Notes: generated by a model not told the origin, from the sequence alone. Shown: positions 22,188 to 32,670, counted from the first letter of the stretch. The stretch: 64,000 nt of DNA from an uncultured Gemmatimonadaceae bacterium (GCA_963843845.1 CAWJMB010000002.1:2368001-2432000); one strand, 5' to 3'. Made by a program: numbers and translations.

Positions 22188-25037
22188 CTAGGAGAACGCA
22201 GGCGTGTCGATGAGATCGACGGCGACGAGGCGCGCAGCGTCGTGCCGATCGCCCTGAAGATAGGCGAACTCGCCGCGGGCGCCGGAGAGTACGAGCTGGC
22301 CGCGGCGACGCTCGCGGAGCGGCGTCGTCTCGTTCACGACGACGTCGAAGGCGAACGACGACGCGCGGCGTCCGCCGATGGCGTCGAGCGGGATCGTCGC
22401 GACGATCGCGTAGCCGAGTGGCTCGCGGCGCCACGTCGCGCGCACTCGAACGCTCGACGCGCGCGGTGAGAGCGCGATCGCGCGAACCGCGTCGCCTTCC
22501 GCCACCGGCATCAACAGCCAGCCGAGCATCGCGTCGCCGTGAGGCTCGCCCTGCTCGCCGGCCTGCAGATAGAGCTGCACGCCGTCAGCATTGACCTCGG
22601 CGCGCTCGGTGTCGAGGGGGTTCTCGGTGTGCTGCGGAACGAAGGTCGGGCACCGGTGCCGCACCTGCGTCTCGACGATGATCGCGGCGTCGGTACGACT
22701 GACGATCACGCGCGCGCTCGGGCGCTCCGCGTCGTGCCAGGTCTGTTCGGTGCGTCGGTAGTTGATCTCTCCGAGCGCGAACTCGAGTGGGCCGGAACGA
22801 TCGGTGAGCGCGTAGCGCGGGCTCGACTGGCGTCCGGCCCCCGACGCGGTGTGGGCGGGCGGCGCACCGGGCGCCGAACGCGGGCTCCGCGCACCGCCCA
22901 GGACGTGCTGAGAATGCAGACCGCCACGACGGGTCGCGACGTGCCAGCGCCGTTCGGTCAGCGAGTGCGTGTCGGCCGTGCGACCGTCCGCGTGTCGCAC
23001 GACGATCTCCTCGGGCCGCGCGTCGTCGCCCGAGACGACGACGTCCTCCACACGCGCGCTCGTGTCCCACACGCTCGTGATCACGCCGCGGCTCGCGTGC
23101 ATCCGCACGATCTGAAACTCGCGCGTCCCCATCCCCGGCGCGCCGGGCGCGGCGGCGCGGATCAGCGTCGCCTCGAGGGAGGGGGTGATCCACGCACGGC
23201 ACTCGTGATCGCCGCTCGTCGCGAGCCGCGCGGAATGCGGCGCGATCACGGCGCGTGCGGCCGGTGCCCGCAGCCGCACCGCCGTGTGCGCGTCGACCGG
23301 CGCCACGCGCGCCGCGGTCACCCCGTCGAACCCGTCCTCCAGCCGCCCGGCGCCGACGAGCGACACCTCGGTCCACGACCGTGCGTCGTCGGCGATCGCG
23401 TCCATGTGGAGCGGCAGGTCGAAGGTGACGACCCGATCGGCGCTCCACTCGATGCGGTCGACGACGTACGACGGGCCGACGACGACCGCACGACGCACGA
23501 CGACCCCCGGCGCGATGGTCGCCGTCGCGTGCGCCCACCCCCACCTGCCGTCGTCATCGTACGCGTCGAGGACGCCGTCGACGCGATGCTGCGAGCGTCC
23601 GTCGACGAGCGGCGCGTTGTGCGCCAGCGTGCTGCGGTACCAGTGCAACGAGCGGTCGACGTACGACCCGGTGCCCATGTCGTCGAGCCAGCGTCGGGGA
23701 CCGTCGACGAGGAGCAGGTTCAGTCGGTCGGGGTGACCGTGCCCGCCGCCGGACGCACCGTAGTCGAGCCCGACCCACCGGCGCCCGCCGTCGCGGCGGA
23801 ACACGGCCAGCCCCTGCGCGTCGAGGAGCACCGACGGCGGCGTCCACGTGGCCGAGGGCACGTCGGCGCGCGCGAAGAGCAGCGACTTCCACCCGAGGTC
23901 GGCGCGCGTCAGGCGCGTCGGCGGCTCGTTGCGCTCGCTCTCGGCGGCGGTGCGCCAGCGGCCGGTGTCGCTTCGCGCGATACCGTCGTCGCCGTAGAGG
24001 GTCGTGAGGGTCGCGGCGAGTCGCTCGTCGTCCGTCCGCGCGAAGCCGAGCTCGCACCACTCGGCCCAGCGCCACTGACGAAGCGACGTGGCCCACTGCG
24101 AATCGCGTCGCGCAGGGAGCGTGAGATCGGGATACGCCGTGAGGAGCGGCGCGACGAAACCGTCGTCGAATCGCGCCAGCAATCGCGGCGGGAGCGCGAT
24201 GCCGGCGCGCTCGGCGATCACGACGCCGTACCACAGCCCGCGGTGTGCGAACTGGTGATAGTTCTCCCCTTCGTACCACGTCCCGTCGGCGAGCAGCCCG
24301 TCGCCGAGGTGCGCCGCGACGCCCGACGGGCCGAGGAGCGCACGCTCGACACCGCCGGGCTCCCCCAACGCGTACGATGCGGCTGCGATCGCGGCAGCGT
24401 TCCAGACCTGACGGTTCGACCGGCCCTCGTCGTACTCGGCGACGAGCGCGCGACTGGGCTCGACGATGCGCTCCCGCACGCGTCCGCCTAACGTCCGGAT
24501 CGCGTCCCGGTCGTCGAGCTCGAGCAGGTCCAGCGCGACGCAGACCTGCAGCAGCCAGATCGACTCGAGGTAGGTCGAGAAGAACGGACGCGTCGGCCCG
24601 AGGACGTTGTCCTGGTTGGGATAGGAGAGATAGCGGTCCGCGAGCTCGGCGAGCACTTGCGTCGCGAACGTGCGAGCGACGACGTCGTCGCGCAGCAGCG
24701 CGAGTGTCGCGCCGTGTACGGCACGCTCGGCGAGCCAGAGCTGGTACCACATGATCCACCAGCGATAGTGCGCGTCGTCGTCGTACGCGCGACGGCAGGC
24801 AGGACACACGTGGTGACGCGGCGCGAACGGATCGAACCCGAGCGGCGCGCCGTCGACCGGACACCGCCCGCCGACGCGCGTGAGGCGGGCCTTCTCGGCC
24901 GGGACGAAGAGCGGTCGAGCCGCCGCGGCGTGCAGGTCGGCGGCGAGCGACGCGGCGAGCGGGTCGAGCGCCCCGCGCGCGATCGTCCGGCGCGCGCCTA
25001 ACGACCGGGTGTCGACGAGCAACCCTCGACCACTCAT
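22188..25037 (-). CDS. Heparinase II/III-family (oligo-uronate lyase-like) protein with possible C-terminal CBM9/DOMON-like domain
   Basis: ATG 25037 overlaps the SBP stop; DGTWYEGENYH, GGHGHPDRL, DMGTGSY, WYRSTLAHN; no signal peptide seen. Confidence 0.8.
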   Translation of the reverse strand: MSGRGLLVDTRSLGARRTIARGALDPLAASLAADLHAAAARPLFVPAEKARLTRVGGRCPVDGAPLGFDPFAPRHHVCPACRRAYDDDAHYRWWIMWYQLWLAERAVHGATLALLRDDVVARTFATQVLAELADRYLSYPNQDNVLGPTRPFFSTYLESIWLLQVCVALDLLELDDRDAIRTLGGRVRERIVEPSRALVAEYDEGRSNRQVWNAAAIAAASYALGEPGGVERALLGPSGVAAHLGDGLLADGTWYEGENYHQFAHRGLWYGVVIAERAGIALPPRLLARFDDGFVAPLLTAYPDLTLPARRDSQWATSLRQWRWAEWCELGFARTDDERLAATLTTLYGDDGIARSDTGRWRTAAESERNEPPTRLTRADLGWKSLLFARADVPSATWTPPSVLLDAQGLAVFRRDGGRRWVGLDYGASGGGHGHPDRLNLLLVDGPRRWLDDMGTGSYVDRSLHWYRSTLAHNAPLVDGRSQHRVDGVLDAYDDDGRWGWAHATATIAPGVVVRRAVVVGPSYVVDRIEWSADRVVTFDLPLHMDAIADDARSWTEVSLVGAGRLEDGFDGVTAARVAPVDAHTAVRLRAPAARAVIAPHSARLATSGDHECRAWITPSLEATLIRAAAPGAPGMGTREFQIVRMHASRGVITSVWDTSARVEDVVVSGDDARPEEIVVRHADGRTADTHSLTERRWHVATRRGGLHSQHVLGGARSPRSAPGAPPAHTASGAGRQSSPRYALTDRSGPLEFALGEINYRRTEQTWHDAERPSARVIVSRTDAAIIVETQVRHRCPTFVPQHTENPLDTERAEVNADGVQLYLQAGEQGEPHGDAMLGWLLMPVAEGDAVRAIALSPRASSVRVRATWRREPLGYAIVATIPLDAIGGRRASSFAFDVVVNETTPLRERRRGQLVLSGARGEFAYLQGDRHDAARLVAVDLIDTPAFS

Positions 25038-26650
25038 CGTTCGGCGAGCGACCAGGTAGCGAGCGTGACGAGCTCTCCGCGGAGATCCATCGTGACGCCG
25101 CGGAGACGTGCGCTCAGCCCCTGCAAGCCGCGCGCATGGTAGATCCACGCCACCGGGACGTCGGCAGCGAGCGCTCGCTGCACGTCGCTCCACGCCGCAC
25201 GACGAGCGGAGTCGGTCGAGGCGCCGGTGGCGCGAGCGAACGCGGCGTCGAGCCCCGGCGTGTGGAACGCCGCGTAGTCGAGCGCACCGCCACTCTGCGC
25301 CGACGCGAACATCCCCGAGAGGTGTGCGAGCGACAGATCGCCCGGAATGCCGGTGACGAGCAGGTCGAACGTCTTCTCCTTCCCGCGCGCCGCCGAGAGG
25401 AACGCTCCGAGCTCCATCTGGCGGATGTCGACGCGAATGCCGCGCGCCGCGAGGTCGGCCTGCACCAGCTGCTCGACCGGGTTGTCGCCGCTCGCCACCG
25501 TGTACAGCGTCGCGACGAGCGGCGTGGCACCGCGGCGACGCATCCGGTCGGTGCCGCGCGGCCAGCCGGCGGCGCTCAGCAGCGAGTCGGCGCGGACGGT
25601 GTCGAGCGGATCGCGGCCGGCGAGGGCGAGCGGGTTGTCCGGCGACACCGCGCCGGCGGCGGGCGTGCCGTACCCGGCGACGGCCGCCGCGACGATGCGA
25701 CTTCGGTCGAGCGATGCGTCCACGGCGCGACGAAGGCGAACGTCGTCGAACGGCGGGCGGTGCGTGTTGAAGATGAGCGCGTACGATTGCAGCGTCGGGT
25801 ACGAGCGCACGCGCACCGTCGAGTCGCGAGACGCGAGCGACGCCATCGTGGGGGCGATCCCCGCGGCATCGAGCTCGCCACTCACGAGCCCCGCGTACTT
25901 CGTCGTCGCCTCGTCGACCACCGCGACGACGACGCGCTCGATCGTCGGCGGGCCGCCCAACGCGGCCGGGAACGCGTCGTTGCGCGCGAACACCCACCGC
26001 GCGCCGGCATCGCGCGACACGAAGCGAAAGGGGCCGTTGCCCGTAGGACTGGTGGCGAACCCGGTGCGGCGCATGTCCGCGCGCGGCACGGTCGCCAGCA
26101 GGTGCGCCGGGACGATCGGGAGCTCGCAGAGGATCGACGGGAGGTCGGGCTGCGGCGCGCGAAAGCGGACGACGAGCGTGGTGTCGTCGACGACGTCGGC
26201 CGCTGCGATCGCCGCGACGTCGCTCGCACGCGGGTAGCCGACCGCGGGGTCACGCGCCAGCGCGAGCGTGAACGCGACGTCCCGCGCCGTGGTCGGCGTG
26301 CCGTCGTGCCAGCGCAGCGTCGGCTCGAGGTGGAAGGTCAGCTCGGTCCGATCGCCCGACCAGCTCCACCGGCGCGCGTAGTACGGCGCGGGGCGTAGCA
26401 GCGAGTCGTACCGGGCGAGCGTGACGAACAGTGCGTACCGCTGGATCTGCCGCGACATCGGGTGCACGGTGACCAGCGGGTTCGCTGACTCGAGGTCCGC
26501 GCCCGACGCGAGCACGACCGTGTTCGCCGCGCGCGGCGTGGCCGAGCACGCCACCGCGCCTAACGCGGCGGCGAGGAAGGCGCACACCATCCGCGCGCTG
26601 CGTCCGACGCGTGTGCCGGCGCTTGCGCTGCCGCGACGAAGTGTCATCAT
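25034..26650 (-). CDS. ABC transporter substrate-binding lipoprotein, family 5 (OppA/DppA-like); alternative start 26590
   Basis: LGAVAC lipobox, WHDGTPTTARDVAFT, PTGNGPF, FNTHRPPFDDVRLRRA. Confidence 0.92.
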   Translation of the reverse strand: MMTLRRGSASAGTRVGRSARMVCAFLAAALGAVACSATPRAANTVVLASGADLESANPLVTVHPMSRQIQRYALFVTLARYDSLLRPAPYYARRWSWSGDRTELTFHLEPTLRWHDGTPTTARDVAFTLALARDPAVGYPRASDVAAIAAADVVDDTTLVVRFRAPQPDLPSILCELPIVPAHLLATVPRADMRRTGFATSPTGNGPFRFVSRDAGARWVFARNDAFPAALGGPPTIERVVVAVVDEATTKYAGLVSGELDAAGIAPTMASLASRDSTVRVRSYPTLQSYALIFNTHRPPFDDVRLRRAVDASLDRSRIVAAAVAGYGTPAAGAVSPDNPLALAGRDPLDTVRADSLLSAAGWPRGTDRMRRRGATPLVATLYTVASGDNPVEQLVQADLAARGIRVDIRQMELGAFLSAARGKEKTFDLLVTGIPGDLSLAHLSGMFASAQSGGALDYAAFHTPGLDAAFARATGASTDSARRAAWSDVQRALAADVPVAWIYHARGLQGLSARLRGVTMDLRGELVTLATWSLAER

Positions 26651-26656
26651 CGGTCG

Positions 26657-27636
26657 ATGCTCGCTCTCGTTCGCAAAGCTGCGACCAGCGTCGCGCTGCT
26701 CTGGCTCGTCGTGTCGCTCACCTTCGTGCTGGTGCACCTCGCGCCGGGCGATCCGGCGACGTTGCTGCTTCCGCCCGAGGCGAGCGCGTCGGACGCTGCA
26801 CTGCTCCGCGCCCGCCTCGGCCTCGACGCGATCGCTCGCCGAGCAATATGCACGGTGGCTCGGGCGCGCGGCTGCGCGGCGACCTCGGCGTGAGCGTGGC
26901 GCTCGGGCGGCCGGTGTCGCGCGTGCTCGCCGACGCGCTGCCCGTCTCGCTCGCGCTCGGCGCGACGTCGCTGGCGCTGACGTTCGTCGTCGGCGCGGCA
27001 GTCGGCACGTGGCAGGCGGCACGCCGCGGGCGCCGCGACGACATGGCGCTCACGATCGCGACGACCGCCGTGTACGCGGCGCCGAGCTACTGGCTGAGCC
27101 TCGCGGCGGTGGCGGTGTTCACCTACGGCGCGTCGCGCTGGAACTTCCCGCTCTGGCTCCGGCTTCCCGCCTTCGGCGTGCGCGACCCGGGCGGTCAGCT
27201 CACCGGGTTCGCCTCCGTCGTCGACGTCGCGCGCCACGCCGTGCTTCCGGTGCTCGTCCTGAGCGCGGTCGGCGCGGCCGGGATCGCGCGGTACGCGCGC
27301 GCCTCGATGCTCGACGTGTTGAGTAGCGACTACGTGCGCACGGCGCGGGCGAAGGGACACGGATGGCGTGGTGTCTACGCGCGGCACGCACTCGCGAACG
27401 CGCTCCCGCCGCTCGTCGTGCTCCTCGCGCTCGCGTTCCCGGGGGTGGTCGCGGGGTCGGTGTTCGTCGAGTCGGTGTTCGCGTGGCCGGGGATGGGCCG
27501 TGCGACCGTGCAGGCGATCGGATCGCGCGACTACCCGGTCGTACTCGGCGCGACCGTGCTCTACGCGTCGCTCGTCATCGGCGCGAACCTGGCGGCGGAC
27601 CTGCTGCTGCCGGCGCTCGACCCCCGGCGCCGATGA
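26657..27636 (+). CDS. ABC permease DppB/OppB-like, two frameshifts near 26830 and 26870
   Basis: LAPGDPA, (SLAEQYARWL in a third frame), GDLGVS, DYVRTARAKG, VESVFAWPGMG, RDYPVV. Confidence 0.88.
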
Positions 27637-28469
27637 CCCCGCGGCGCACGACATGGCCCCTCGCGACGTTGGGCGCGGTCGCCGCCCTCGCGTTCGTCGG
27701 ACCACTGCTCTTCCGCGGCGATCCGCTCGGCATCACGAACGTGCTCGCGACACGCCTCGTCGCCCCCGGCGCGACCGACGCGCTCGGCCACTTTCACCTG
27801 CTCGGCACCGATCGCTTCGGGCGCGACGTTCTCCAGCGGGCGCTCGTGGCGGGCCGCCTGTCCCTCCTCGTCGGCGTGCTCGGCTCGGTGCTCGCGGGCG
27901 CCGTCGGCGTGCTGGCGGGCGCGATTGCCGGGTGGCGCGGCGGGCTGACCGACGTCGTCGTGACCGCGGCAGCCGACACGATGCTCGCGGTGCCGCGGCT
28001 CGTGCTGCTGCTCGTCATCGCGGCGCTCTGGGGGCCGGGGACGACGACGACGATCGCCGTGCTCGTCGCGACCGGATGGATGGGCGTCGCCCGACTCGTG
28101 CGCGCGGAGGTGTTCGGCGCGCGGCGGCGCGACTGGGTGGACGCCGCGCGGGCGGCAGGGGCGTCACCGCGGCGCATTCTGTGGCGGCACGTGCTGCCCA
28201 ACGCGCTCGGCCCGGCGATCGTGGCGACCACGCTGGGCGTCGGAAACGCCATCCTGCTCGAGAGCGGGCTCTCGTTCCTCGGCCTCGGCATCCAACCCCC
28301 GGCACCGAGCTGGGGGAACATGATCGCCGGCGGGCGCGACCTGATCGTGACGGCGCCGTGGATCGCGATCGCCCCTGGAATCGCGCTGCTCGTCACGGTC
28401 CTCGCATGCACCCTGCTCGGCGACGCGCTCCGCGACGAGCTGGCGGGCGAGGGCGAGGGATCGCGTTAG
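27633..28469 (+). CDS. ABC permease DppC/OppC-like
   Basis: HLLGTDRFGRD, HVLPN, ESGLSFLGLGIQPPAPSWG; ATG overlaps the upstream TGA. Confidence 0.93.
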   Translation: MTPRRTTWPLATLGAVAALAFVGPLLFRGDPLGITNVLATRLVAPGATDALGHFHLLGTDRFGRDVLQRALVAGRLSLLVGVLGSVLAGAVGVLAGAIAGWRGGLTDVVVTAAADTMLAVPRLVLLLVIAALWGPGTTTTIAVLVATGWMGVARLVRAEVFGARRRDWVDAARAAGASPRRILWRHVLPNALGPAIVATTLGVGNAILLESGLSFLGLGIQPPAPSWGNMIAGGRDLIVTAPWIAIAPGIALLVTVLACTLLGDALRDELAGEGEGSR

Positions 28470-28499
28470 GCGGTTGCGCCTCCGTCGAGCGCCCGCGCG

Positions 28500-31313
28500 T
28501 CAGGCAGGGCGACGGTGCGACGTCGCGGTCGGCACGACGACGATGGTCGTGACGGCGTGGGGCGCCACGCGGATCCGGATACGCGACGAACCCTCCGATC
28601 CGGGCTCGGCCGGCGCGACGTGTTCCACAGGTAGCGTCGCGCCCCACCGTTCGTCGAGGTGCGACGACCAGGCGTCGACGTACGCCGGGACGGTCCACGC
28701 GCCGTCGACCGGCTGCGCGCCGACATTGCGGCACCGAAGCACGACGCCCGCGGCGTCCTCGCTCGGCTTGATGGCGCTCACGACGAGGTCGTCTCCGTGG
28801 AGCGCGATCCCGCGCGTGGATGCCGGAGGGTCCATGGCGGACCGCAGCGTCGTACCGGTCAGCGGCAGCAGCACGTCGTCGGCCATCCGCTCGATCGCGG
28901 CGACGTTCACCGGGTCGTCGCGGATCGTGAAGCCGAACGTCGCCTCGAACGGACCGAGCTGCTGTGCTTCGGGGGTCGCGACTGGCCAGCCTGCGTGACC
29001 GGGGCGCTCCGGCAGGTCGGGGCGCGACAGCTCGCCGACCGCGCGAACCAGCGTGACGGCGACGTCGCCGTTCGGCAGCGCCTCGTATTCACCGAGCCCG
29101 TCGGAGACCAGCACGCACGAGCGTCCGGCGGCGATCAGCGCGACCCAGCGGTGCAGCGGTGCGCTGTTCGGCGGCCGCTCGACCGCGGCCTCCTCGCGCG
29201 ACACGGTGAGCGGGAGACGGTCCACCGCACCGAACGCCGCGTCGGCGAGCACGCGCGCCGCCATGACGCCCGTCCGGAAGACGATCCGGAGTCGATGATC
29301 GCGCGCGGCGTTCGCGCCGCGCACCCGGATCCTCACGAACGCTGCGTCTGCGTCGAGCGAGACGCGCACCGAGATCGGGAGATCGACGGAACGCGACGCG
29401 CGCTGCGACGGCCGGCTGAACCCGTCGCGTGCGGCACGCAGCGCGGCCGGCACGCGCAGCCGATGACCGATCTCGACCTCGCCTCGCACCGGTCCGCGGT
29501 GTAGGACACGCGCGCCGCTCCGACGGACCGCGCGAATCGGTGTGCCGACCGGGGAGTGTGTGTAGAGGTCCCCCGCGTCGCCGACGTCATCGAAGGCGAT
29601 GAGGTCGTCGATCGACATTCCGCACGCTCGGACAGCCACCGCGCCATCCGCGCCGACGTCGACGCGCATCGCGCCGTTGTCCAGCGACGTGCCGTCGACG
29701 ACGACCGGTGCGTCGGGGGTGCTCGGGGCGACGTCGGGTCGTGACGTTGCGGTTGCCGACGCCGCGTCGGTCGTGCCGCCGACCGCGAAGGCACGCAGCC
29801 CGAGCCCCTCCACGGGGGGGAGCCAGACGAGCGCGCGGGCGACCTCGACCAGATCGTCGTCGGGGTAGTGGCGCGGCGCCTCGATGCGCTCGTGCCGCAC
29901 CGACCGGTCGAGAATCTGCACGGCGAGCGCGCTGCGCCCGTCGTGCACGACGGGCGTCGCGCCGGGGGGCGCGACCGGCTCCCACCGGCCCGCGGAACCG
30001 GGTCCGACCGCGACGTCGCGCACGAACGTCGTCAACTCGACCTCGGCGGCGCCGCCACGCGCGTACGGCGCACGGTTGCGCACGACGAGCGACGGCTGCC
30101 ACGCGTCGCGCCGAGTGCGCGCGTGGTCCGCGTCGTGCCCGAGCAGGGTGGCGAGCGCGTCGTCCCGCAGCCCGCACCCCTGCGCGACTGCGCTATCCCA
30201 CCGGGCATCGGCGGCGCGCGCGACCTCGTCGGTCGAACACCCGCACAACGTGTCGTGCGGGTGACAGCGCAGCAGCGTCCGCCACGCGGCGCCCGACAGC
30301 GCGACCGAGCGTGCGGACATCGTGCGCGCGTCCTCCCGATCCCGCAGGGCGAGCAGCGCGAGCCATGGCTCGACGTCGCGCTCCAGCAGCCGTTGCACGC
30401 CGGCGTTGCGGCGCTTCTGCGAGGTTCGCGTCGCGAACGTGCCCTGCAGCGCCCACGCGTATCCGTACGAGTCGCGGAGCTCGCCGTGCACGACCGGGAG
30501 CGTCGCGGCGTCGGCTCGCCGCCGTGCCTCGAACGCGAACTCGGCGAGCGAGGTCTGCAGCACCCGGTCGGGAGACGCCGCGCGCCGAAGGGCGTCGAGC
30601 GCGATCGGCCAGTCGTTCTGCGGGGCGTGGTGATCGGCGCCGTTCGGCACGAGCGCGAGCGCGAGGTGCGCACGCGGCGCGAGCTGCGCGCGGATCTGCG
30701 CCCACCGCTCGCGCGCCGCCTCGTCGCTCGTCGGGAGCGACGAGCCGAGCTCGTAGCCGTCCGGCGCGAGGTGCCAGAGCAGCGTCCGCGCGCCCGACGA
30801 CGACTGCCACCACGCCGCGGCACCCTGCGGCCACCGCGCCCCGCCGTAGCCGCGCCAGACTATCGTCATCCCGCAGCCGAAGCCCTCCGCGAGCAGGGGG
30901 AGCGCGGCGGCGTGACCGAATGCATCAGGCGCGTAGAGCACCGGCGGCGCCGCGGCATCGAATGCGGCGAGCGCGCGACGACCGGCGAGCAGGTTCCGAA
31001 CGAGCGCCTCGCCCGATGGAATCAGCTCGTCGGCGAGGACGTACCACGGTCCCGCTTCCAGCGCCCCGTTCTGCAGCGCGGCCGCGAGCACGTCTCGGCG
31101 CTCGGGACGGACGGCCAGGTAGTCGTCGAGGACGATCGTCTGCCCGTCGAGCAGGAACGGCGAGCCGGGGCCCGCCTGCTCGGGCTGCCCCGCCCGGTCG
31201 AGCAACTCATCGACCAGGGCGACGAGGCGTTGCCGGAAACGCGACGCGGGGTGATACCACTCGCGATCCCAGTGCGTGTGTCGAACGACGTAGACGGCGA
31301 GCGGTGCGGTCAC
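28500..31313 (-). CDS. Glycoside hydrolase family 38 (alpha-mannosidase/MngB-like)
   Basis: HTHWDREWY, LDGQ, GPWYVLADE, PDAFGH, HPHDTLCGCS. Confidence 0.92.
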   Translation of the reverse strand: MTAPLAVYVVRHTHWDREWYHPASRFRQRLVALVDELLDRAGQPEQAGPGSPFLLDGQTIVLDDYLAVRPERRDVLAAALQNGALEAGPWYVLADELIPSGEALVRNLLAGRRALAAFDAAAPPVLYAPDAFGHAAALPLLAEGFGCGMTIVWRGYGGARWPQGAAAWWQSSSGARTLLWHLAPDGYELGSSLPTSDEAARERWAQIRAQLAPRAHLALALVPNGADHHAPQNDWPIALDALRRAASPDRVLQTSLAEFAFEARRRADAATLPVVHGELRDSYGYAWALQGTFATRTSQKRRNAGVQRLLERDVEPWLALLALRDREDARTMSARSVALSGAAWRTLLRCHPHDTLCGCSTDEVARAADARWDSAVAQGCGLRDDALATLLGHDADHARTRRDAWQPSLVVRNRAPYARGGAAEVELTTFVRDVAVGPGSAGRWEPVAPPGATPVVHDGRSALAVQILDRSVRHERIEAPRHYPDDDLVEVARALVWLPPVEGLGLRAFAVGGTTDAASATATSRPDVAPSTPDAPVVVDGTSLDNGAMRVDVGADGAVAVRACGMSIDDLIAFDDVGDAGDLYTHSPVGTPIRAVRRSGARVLHRGPVRGEVEIGHRLRVPAALRAARDGFSRPSQRASRSVDLPISVRVSLDADAAFVRIRVRGANAARDHRLRIVFRTGVMAARVLADAAFGAVDRLPLTVSREEAAVERPPNSAPLHRWVALIAAGRSCVLVSDGLGEYEALPNGDVAVTLVRAVGELSRPDLPERPGHAGWPVATPEAQQLGPFEATFGFTIRDDPVNVAAIERMADDVLLPLTGTTLRSAMDPPASTRGIALHGDDLVVSAIKPSEDAAGVVLRCRNVGAQPVDGAWTVPAYVDAWSSHLDERWGATLPVEHVAPAEPGSEGSSRIRIRVAPHAVTTIVVVPTATSHRRPA

Positions 31314-31399
31314 GCGCGCAAGCTACGGTGCCGGCTGGATGCGAGACGAGGGGAGCGGCGCACCTCGCGCCCCTCCCCTCGCTCACCTGCTTCGTCTGG

Positions 31400-31552
31400 C
31401 TACGCGATCGGACGGCGACCCGTGATCAGGCGATACAGGACCACGATGACCGCGAGCACGAGCAGCAGATGGATCAACCCGCCGGCGACGTGGAACACGC
31501 CGAAGCCGAGGATCCACAGCACGAAGAGTACGACGGCCAATGTCCAGATCAT
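31400..31552 (-). CDS. Small membrane protein, lmo0937/DUF5670-like (50 aa)
   Basis: MIWTLAVVLFVLWILGFGVFHVAGGLIHLLLVLAVIVVLYRLITGRRPIA; below the ORF-track length cutoff. Confidence 0.88.
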   Translation of the reverse strand: MIWTLAVVLFVLWILGFGVFHVAGGLIHLLLVLAVIVVLYRLITGRRPIA

Positions 31553-31971
31553 GGGAAACCTCGTGGTGACGGTGAGGGTGCGGCGATGGTTGCGTCATCT
31601 TCTAGAGCAACCCTCGTACCGCGATCGCTCATGTGCGCTGTCTGGCGACCGAGCAGGATGCGCGCGGCGCGCACGTCGTGACCGACGTCGATGAGCAGAT
31701 TCGCCAGGTCGCCCGCCCCCCAGAGGAGTCCGGCGAGCACGATGAGGCGGCTCACTTCGCTCAGGAGCGTGGGCAGCGCCGACGTTCCCTGCGTGTACAG
31801 ACCGGTGCTCACCTCGAGCACGAGGAGGAGGAGGAGAAAGACCGCGATCAGCCGGAACAGCTTCGACAGATAGCCAAGCCCGGTATAGGGCTCGAGATCG
31901 GCGGCGCGCACGTTCATCAGGGGATCGGTACCGGCGCGTCGCCCCGCGTCGGTCGTCTGTGGGTCGGTCAT
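31549..31971 (-). CDS. Hypothetical two-TM membrane protein
   Basis: ATG 31971 with GAGG upstream; two hydrophobic helices; stop overlaps the next ATG. Confidence 0.75.
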   Translation of the reverse strand: MTDPQTTDAGRRAGTDPLMNVRAADLEPYTGLGYLSKLFRLIAVFLLLLLVLEVSTGLYTQGTSALPTLLSEVSRLIVLAGLLWGAGDLANLLIDVGHDVRAARILLGRQTAHMSDRGTRVALEDDATIAAPSPSPRGFP

Positions 31972-32022
31972 CGTGCCTCTCGGGTGAGCTACTTTTCGCG
32001 TTCGGCCCTCAATCCACGCTTC

Positions 32023-32670
32023 ATGCCATCGTTCGGCGAACTGCTCGATCGTCTCCGCGATCTCCCCGCGCTCGTACAGTGGGCGGGGTACGTGGGGATG
32101 TTCGCGATCATCTACATCGAGACCGGCCTGTTCTTCGGCTTCTTCCTTCCGGGCGATTCGCTGCTCGTGACCGCCGGCCTGCTGGCGTCGCAGGGCCTGC
32201 CGCTCGACATCGCCACACTCGGCGTCCTGCTCTCGGCGGCCGCGATCCTCGGCGACAACACGAACTACTGGGTCGGGCGGTTGTCGGGTCAGCGTATCTT
32301 CACACGGGACGCGTCGTTCCTGTTCAAGCCGAAGCACCTCCGGCGCGCTGCCGACTTCTACGCCACGCACGGAGCCAAAACCGTGGTGCTTGCGCGATTC
32401 ATGCCGATCGTCCGCACCTTCGCGCCGCTCGTCGCCGGTGCGGCGCGGATGCCGTACCGCACGTTCCTGACGTTCAGCGTCCTCGGCGGGCTGGCGTGGA
32501 TCTGGAGCATGCTGCTCATCGGCTACTATCTCGGCCGCACCTTTCCGGGGGTGAGCAGGTACCTGGAGCTCATGATCATCGCCATCGTCCTGCTCTCGGT
32601 CTCACCGGCGATCGTGAGCTGGCTCAGAGCGCGGCGCTCGGCGCAGACCGCCACCGGCACGGTGAAGTAA
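32023..32670 (+). CDS. DedA/VTT family membrane protein
   Basis: ETGLFFGFFLPGDSLL, GDNTNYWVG, ARFMPIVRTF. Confidence 0.93.
   Translation: MPSFGELLDRLRDLPALVQWAGYVGMFAIIYIETGLFFGFFLPGDSLLVTAGLLASQGLPLDIATLGVLLSAAAILGDNTNYWVGRLSGQRIFTRDASFLFKPKHLRRAADFYATHGAKTVVLARFMPIVRTFAPLVAGAARMPYRTFLTFSVLGGLAWIWSMLLIGYYLGRTFPGVSRYLELMIIAIVLLSVSPAIVSWLRARRSAQTATGTVK

Noticed and set aside
19195..22434. 1079-aa aminotransferase-amidohydrolase fusion
   Set aside because: Produced by one extra base near 20380. The proper aminotransferase C-terminus exists in another frame and stops at 20130.
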